Origin: Candidatus Latescibacterota bacterium
Lineage (GTDB): Bacteria; Latescibacterota; UBA2968; UBA8231
NCBI GenBank assembly: GCA_965203355.1
Contig: OZ241889.1
Span: 864,001-928,000 of the forward strand
DNA length: 64,000 nucleotides
Direction of reading: 5' to 3'
Under the pieces are notes generated by a model. It ran no database searches and was not told the origin of the DNA. It saw only the letters and a program-made list of their open reading frames with translations. A program made the position numbers and the translations under genes. Each line of letters begins with the position of its first letter. The stretch's first letter is position 1. Below are positions 58,776 through 64,000 of the stretch, in pieces.

Positions 58776-59477
58776 ATGAGTAGAACCATAGAAAAGCTCT
58801 TTCGCGCCCCCTATGGGGTGCCCAATGCGCTGCAAGTAGTAGAAGAAGGGCTGTGGATTACCGACCAAATTACCGACCGGGTGGCTCTGATCGAAATCGC
58901 CGAGCCGTCTGAATACGGCGTAACCCGCCTGATCCGCGATATTCCCAGCGAGTCGTCCAACACCAGTGGCATGGCTTGGGGCGGGGGTTCGCTATGGCTG
59001 GCGGCCAATGGGGCGAGTACGCTCTGGCGACCCTCGCGGCCCACGGACGCCGCGCAAGGGGCCGGCGAAATTTTCGAGGTTGATCCGGCCACTGGCGCGA
59101 CCCGCAATCGCTATCCAGTGCCCGGCGGAGGTGGGGTACATGGGATGGAGTACGATCCGTTTGAAGAGGGCTGCGTGTGGATCACCACTCTCAAGAGCCA
59201 GACGCTGAGCAAAGTCAAGATCGCTGGCTGGTCGGTCGAGCACGTGCTGGGCTTGCCCTACGGGCGGGCGCACGGCGTGGTGCGGGTCGCCGATGGCATC
59301 TGGGTGGTGCATACGTCCGACCGCGCGATCGTCAAACTCGACGTGGAGAGCGGAGCCGAGTTGGATCGAGTCGTGGTGCCCGACAGCGACCCCCAGCCGC
59401 ACGGCCTGTCGATTTTTGGCGAGGATTTGCTCTATTGCGACGCGGCCTCTGGCTGGGTCGTCAAGATCGGTTTGTGA
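58776..59477 (+). CDS. Beta-propeller protein (Vgb/glutamine cyclotransferase-like)
   Basis: Repeated blades PNAL, SGMAW-GGSLW, HGMEY, HGVV, PHGL. Confidence 0.6.
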   Translation: MSRTIEKLFRAPYGVPNALQVVEEGLWITDQITDRVALIEIAEPSEYGVTRLIRDIPSESSNTSGMAWGGGSLWLAANGASTLWRPSRPTDAAQGAGEIFEVDPATGATRNRYPVPGGGGVHGMEYDPFEEGCVWITTLKSQTLSKVKIAGWSVEHVLGLPYGRAHGVVRVADGIWVVHTSDRAIVKLDVESGAELDRVVVPDSDPQPHGLSIFGEDLLYCDAASGWVVKIGL

Positions 59478-59494
59478 GGTGAGGGGTGAGCGGC

Positions 59495-59974
59495 ATGGCA
59501 AGAAAGTACTGGCTCGTCAAGTGCGAATTCGACGAGTGTTCCTTTGACGAGTTAAAGCAGCGGCCGCAAAGCACGGGTTACTGGCGAGGGGTGCGCAACT
59601 ACCAAGCGCGCAATCTCATCCGCGACAGCATGGCAAAGGGGGAGCTGGCGTTCTTTTATCAATCCAGTTGCGCCGAGCCGGGGATCGCCGGAATCGCGAC
59701 GATTACAAGAGCAGGGTACCCCGATCCCAGTCAATTCGACGACCAGCACCGCTACTACGACGAAAAATCCACGGTCGCCGACCCGCGTTGGTTTTCCTTT
59801 GACGTGAAGTGGAAACGCAAATTCAAACGGTTTGTCCACCTCGCCGATCTCAAGGTCAACGACAAGCTCGCCGACATGAAAGTGGTGCAGCGGGGTCAGC
59901 GGCTCTCGATCCAGCCGGTTGCCGAGCAGGAGTGGAGGGAAGTCTGCAAGATGGGCGGCGTTAGCCCGACGTGA
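59495..59974 (+). CDS. EVE-domain protein
   Basis: YWLVK-E, WRGVRNYQARN, FFYQS, YPDPSQFD, RLSIQPV. Confidence 0.93.
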   Translation: MARKYWLVKCEFDECSFDELKQRPQSTGYWRGVRNYQARNLIRDSMAKGELAFFYQSSCAEPGIAGIATITRAGYPDPSQFDDQHRYYDEKSTVADPRWFSFDVKWKRKFKRFVHLADLKVNDKLADMKVVQRGQRLSIQPVAEQEWREVCKMGGVSPT

Positions 59975-60091
59975 ATGATTCGCCTGGGTTATCCAGTTCG
60001 CAGGCCGAGCCGAGGCCTGGACACCCGAAGAAAACGGCGGAGCGTGGGCTGCAACGCGATCAACGTGGTATTCAACTGAAAGGACTGAAGC

Positions 60092-60931
60092 ATGGAGTTG
60101 CTGCCGACGACTAATGCCGACGGGCGCGACGTCATCCCGATGAGCGAGGCCCAGCGGTACCGCTTCGATCTCAAGGGATTTATCCTCTTGCCCGCGCTGT
60201 TGAGCGAAGAAGAGCTAGTGTCGATCCGCGCTCACCAAATGAAATTTCTCTACGAGCGCGAGTCCCTGCCGCCGGATGAGCGCGACAATCACGGCGGCCC
60301 GTCGCAGATTTTGCTCGACCACCCAGCGGTAGTGGGCGTGCTCAACGAAGTGCTCTCGCATCAGGCACTGGCCAGCGAAGACTGCTACGGATTCCGCTAC
60401 GATCACACCTATACCAGCCATCGCCAAGCCGGACACGACAACTTCCGTCCGCACGGCGGCGGCGGGTACTTCAACTTTCGCGGCAGCTCGCACATCTACC
60501 AGATGCAGCCGGGCAAGGTGCATGCTGGATTGACGCGAGTTGTGTGGGAGCTCAACGAAGTCGGCGCGGGTGACGGGGGTACGCTTTTTCTGGCGGGCAG
60601 CCACAAGGCCGCTTTCCCTCGACCCGAAGAATTGAGCCAGCGCGACAGCTCGCTGTGGGAGAGCTACACCTGTCCAGCCGGTTCGGCGGTGATTTTCACC
60701 GAGGCCCTGTGCCATTCGGGTACGCGTTGGATCAACGAGCAGCGCGACCGGCTGAGCTTGTTCACTTGCTACGACACCGTCAATTCCAAGTGGGGCAAAG
60801 GGTGCCCGTCCGCCGAAGTGATCGCCTCGTTTCCCGCGAAGCGCCGCACGCTCTTCCGGGGCGTGTGGCACGGGATGAGCGACGTGCCCGGCATCAACAA
60901 ATACTACGAAGCAGCCAACCAAGCCGTTTGA
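60092..60931 (+). CDS. PhyH-family Fe(II)/2OG enzyme
   Basis: FDLKGF, GGTLFLAGSHK, PAGSAVIFTEALCHSG. Confidence 0.85.
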   Translation: MELLPTTNADGRDVIPMSEAQRYRFDLKGFILLPALLSEEELVSIRAHQMKFLYERESLPPDERDNHGGPSQILLDHPAVVGVLNEVLSHQALASEDCYGFRYDHTYTSHRQAGHDNFRPHGGGGYFNFRGSSHIYQMQPGKVHAGLTRVVWELNEVGAGDGGTLFLAGSHKAAFPRPEELSQRDSSLWESYTCPAGSAVIFTEALCHSGTRWINEQRDRLSLFTCYDTVNSKWGKGCPSAEVIASFPAKRRTLFRGVWHGMSDVPGINKYYEAANQAV

Positions 60932-60950
60932 CGCGACGAAAGAATTCTGC

Positions 60951-63677
60951 ATGAGCCAAACAGTTCTCTTCCTGCTCGATGGGATGGCCCTCGTCTATCG
61001 GGGTCACTTCGCGATGATCCGCAATCCGCGTATGACCTCAAAGGGCGTGAACACGTCGGCCGTTTTTGCTTTTGCCAACACCTTGCTCTCCATCGTCGAA
61101 AAGGGCGAGCCGACGCACATCGCCGTTGTCTTCGACACGCCTGAGCCGACGCACCGGCACCGCAAGTACGAAGAGTACAAAGCCCAGCGCGAGGCGATGC
61201 CCGAGGACCTGAGCCAAGCCCTGCCGTACGTATTCCGGCTCTGCGAGGCGTTTAACATCCCGGTTTTGCGCGAGCCGGGATGGGAGGCCGACGACGTGAT
61301 CGGCACGTTGGCCAAAAAGGCCGAGGCCGAGGGGTTTGCCACGTACATGGTCACGCCCGACAAGGACTACGGCCAGCTCGTTTCCGAGCGGAGCTTTATG
61401 TACAAGCCGGGCCGCGGCGGCGATGAGGCCGAGGTTTTGGGGGTGCCGGAGATTCTCGCCCAATGGCAGGTCGAGCGGATCGACCAAGTGATCGACGTGC
61501 TGGGGCTGATGGGCGACTCCTCGGATAATGTGCCCGGCGTCCCCGGGATCGGCCCCAAGACAGCGCGAAAGCTCATCGCCGAGTACGGCAGCATTGAAGC
61601 GTTGCTGGCGCACACCGATCAGCTCAAAGGCAAGCAGAAACAGAACGTAGAGGAATACCGGGAACAGGCTCTGCTCTCCAAGGAGCTAGTTACCATTGAG
61701 TGCGATGTGCCATTGGACGTGGGGCTGGCGGATTTGGCGAAAAAGGAATGGGATCGCCAGAAATTGGCGGCTCTCTTCTCCGAACTCGAGTTCAATACGC
61801 TGGGGCGGCGGCTCCTCGGCGACGAGTTTAGCGTTGAAAAGGATCCGGTCCACGGCCCGCTCAAAGGGGTGGCGGATGTGGAGCACGCCTATCAGCTCGC
61901 TGATACGCCCGACAAGCGGCAAGCGTTAATCGAGGCGCTGCTGGAGCAGCCGGCGTTTTGCTTGGACTGCGAGACTAACGGCCTCGACGTCCGGCAATGC
62001 GACTTGATTGGCTTGGCGTTTTCGTGGGCACCGGGCACGGGCCACTACGTGCCGCTGCCTAGGGAGCGGGCCGAGGTGCTGACCGTTTTAGAGGAATTCC
62101 GCCCGGTATTTGAAGGGGAAGTGTGCGAAAAAATCGGCCACAACCTCAAGTACGATCTCAGCGTCCTCCGCTGGCACGGTATGCGGGTGGAGGGACCTTT
62201 CTTCGACACGATGCTGGCGGCGACCTTGGCCGAACCAGAGCTAAGACGCAGTATGGACGAACTGGCCAAGAGCCTGCTCTCCTACTCGCCCAAACCCATA
62301 TCTGAGCTGATCGGCGAACGCGGTGGTGAGCAGCTGACGCTCTTGCAGGTGCCACTGGAGCAAGTGGCCGAGTACGCCTGCGAGGACGCGGACATTACCT
62401 TTCAGCTCGCCGCGGTGCTGCGGCCGAAAATAGAAGCCATGGATCAGCAGCGCGTTTTTTACGAGATCGAAGCTCCGCTGCTGCCGGTGCTGGTAGATAT
62501 GGAATACGAAGGCATCCGCATGGAAGGCTCGGCCTTGGCCGCGCTCTCGCGGCAGTTTGAGGAGGCCATTGAGCGGGCCAGCGAGCGCGTCTTTGCGCTC
62601 GCCGACGAGCGTTTTAACCTCAATTCGGGCAACCAGCTAGGCACCATTCTCTTTGAAAAGCTCGGGCTGGATCCCAATGCGCGGCGGACGCAAAAGACCG
62701 GCCAGTACCAAACCAGCGAACAGATCCTGCGCCGGCTGGCCAATCGCCACGAAATCGCGCAGCAGGTACTCAACTACCGATTGCACACCAAGCTCAAGTC
62801 AACGTACGTCGATCAGCTACCCAGCGCGGTCTTTAAGGCTACGGGGCGCATCCATACCAACTACGAGCAGCTAATGACTGCCACCGGGCGCATGAAATCC
62901 GACCGCCCGAACCTACAGAACATTCCCATCCGCAGCGAGCAGGGGCGGGAAATCCGCCGTGCCTTTGTGCCGCGCAGCAGTGACTATCTGCTCTTCTCGG
63001 CTGACTATTCGCAGATCGAGTTGCGGATCGCGGCGGCGCTCAGCCGCGACGAGGGGATGTTGGACACCTTCAACAGCGGCGGCGACATCCACTTGGCTAC
63101 GGCCGCAAAGATCTACCAAGTCGCAGAAGATCAAGCGACGCCCGAGATGCGGCGTCAGGCCAAGACGGTCAACTTCGGCATCATCTATGGGATCTCGCCC
63201 TTTGGACTGGCCGAGCGGCTCGATATTTCACGCGGGCAGGCCGCCGAGTTAATCAAGCAGTACTTCGCCCAGTATCCAGGGGTGCGGCACTATCTCGACG
63301 AGACCGTGGAGTTCGCCCGCGACAAGGGCTACGTCGAGACGGTGACCGGGCGGCGGCGCTATCTGCGCGACATCAACTCGCGCAATGCTACCACACGCAA
63401 AGGAGCCGAGCGCAACGCAATCAATACCCGCATTCAGGGCACGGCCGCGGATATGATTAAGCTGGCGATGAGCCGCATTCACCGGCTGATTCGCGAGCAG
63501 GGGTTCCGCTCGGCGATGCTGTTACAGGTCCACGACGAGTTGGTTTTCGACCTGCACCGAGACGAAATGGAGACCCTGCCGCCGCTAGTGGCGCGTGCGA
63601 TGCGCGAGGCCCTGCCCTTGGAGGTGCCGATAGAAATCGAGATGGGCACCGGCGAGAATTGGCTGGAGGCGCATTGA
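60951..63677 (+). CDS. polA: DNA polymerase I
   Basis: 5'-3' exonuclease (EADDVIG, GDSSDNVPG), 3'-5' exonuclease (DCET), DYSQIELR, KTVNFGIIYG, QVHDEL. Confidence 0.98.
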   Translation: MSQTVLFLLDGMALVYRGHFAMIRNPRMTSKGVNTSAVFAFANTLLSIVEKGEPTHIAVVFDTPEPTHRHRKYEEYKAQREAMPEDLSQALPYVFRLCEAFNIPVLREPGWEADDVIGTLAKKAEAEGFATYMVTPDKDYGQLVSERSFMYKPGRGGDEAEVLGVPEILAQWQVERIDQVIDVLGLMGDSSDNVPGVPGIGPKTARKLIAEYGSIEALLAHTDQLKGKQKQNVEEYREQALLSKELVTIECDVPLDVGLADLAKKEWDRQKLAALFSELEFNTLGRRLLGDEFSVEKDPVHGPLKGVADVEHAYQLADTPDKRQALIEALLEQPAFCLDCETNGLDVRQCDLIGLAFSWAPGTGHYVPLPRERAEVLTVLEEFRPVFEGEVCEKIGHNLKYDLSVLRWHGMRVEGPFFDTMLAATLAEPELRRSMDELAKSLLSYSPKPISELIGERGGEQLTLLQVPLEQVAEYACEDADITFQLAAVLRPKIEAMDQQRVFYEIEAPLLPVLVDMEYEGIRMEGSALAALSRQFEEAIERASERVFALADERFNLNSGNQLGTILFEKLGLDPNARRTQKTGQYQTSEQILRRLANRHEIAQQVLNYRLHTKLKSTYVDQLPSAVFKATGRIHTNYEQLMTATGRMKSDRPNLQNIPIRSEQGREIRRAFVPRSSDYLLFSADYSQIELRIAAALSRDEGMLDTFNSGGDIHLATAAKIYQVAEDQATPEMRRQAKTVNFGIIYGISPFGLAERLDISRGQAAELIKQYFAQYPGVRHYLDETVEFARDKGYVETVTGRRRYLRDINSRNATTRKGAERNAINTRIQGTAADMIKLAMSRIHRLIREQGFRSAMLLQVHDELVFDLHRDEMETLPPLVARAMREALPLEVPIEIEMGTGENWLEAH

Positions 63678-63940
63678 GGGGTACAAGATGACCGAATACT
63701 CATCGGCTAAAAAAATCAAGCTATCGTCCGATGTTGTGAGCGACGCGTACCAGTTGACGCTGGACGAACTGACGCGCCCGCGGCAAACGGAACACAGTCT
63801 CAGTATAGATCGCGCCTTTCCCGAGGAATTTGTCAACGATCTTTCCCGTCAGGAGGTGTTCAACAAACATCTCTTTCGTCCAAAATAGAAATGGGTACCG
63901 ACGAGAATTGGTTGGCCGAGTACTGAGGGGTGCAGGCTGA
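63636..63940 (+). repeat. Diverged 56-bp direct repeat of the polA 3' end (63636-63691 and 63885-63940)
   Basis: 43/56 identical by hand alignment; IEMGTGENWLEAH* versus IEMGTDENWLAEY*. Confidence 0.88.
63688..63888 (+). pseudogene. 5' fragment of a gene resembling DUF1156-type DNA methylases
   Basis: IDRAFPEEFVNDLSRQEVFNKHLFRP is cut off at the second polA repeat. Family recalled from memory. Confidence 0.5.
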
Positions 63941-64000
63941 AGTAGTTGTACACTTAACATGCACTGCATACGTTTTGTCTCAATAGTAAGGAGGGTATAT

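Overview
This is a GC-rich bacterial chromosome segment from a Gram-negative organism (it encodes TamA/TamB). Core and metabolic genes include tmRNA, ilvD, tamAB, queC/queE, metG, polA, hydantoinase A/B, several PhyH-family dioxygenases and dehydrogenases, and MFS transporters. They alternate with short, often lower-GC accessory cassettes: a SNF2 helicase, higBA, a Schlafen/AlbA_2 gene, a Type ISP restriction-modification enzyme, an orphan DNA methyltransferase with a collapsed endonuclease, an AAA-nuclease, an Rpn nuclease, an SF1 helicase-DUF559, hicBA and a chimeric PD-(D/E)XK nuclease. I found no integrase, intact IS transposase or CRISPR array. Two signals stand out. (1) At three loci (a DUF6785-like gene, the creatininase gene and polA), cargo DNA sits between a host gene's 3' end and a second, diverged copy of that same 3' end, which suggests repeated integrase-free gene capture. 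(2) A promoter- and terminator-bounded, highly structured ~300-nt transcript at 57.4-57.7 kb carries a 16-nt complement of the 16S rRNA 3' tail. All family calls come from motif recognition by eye; no database search was run.
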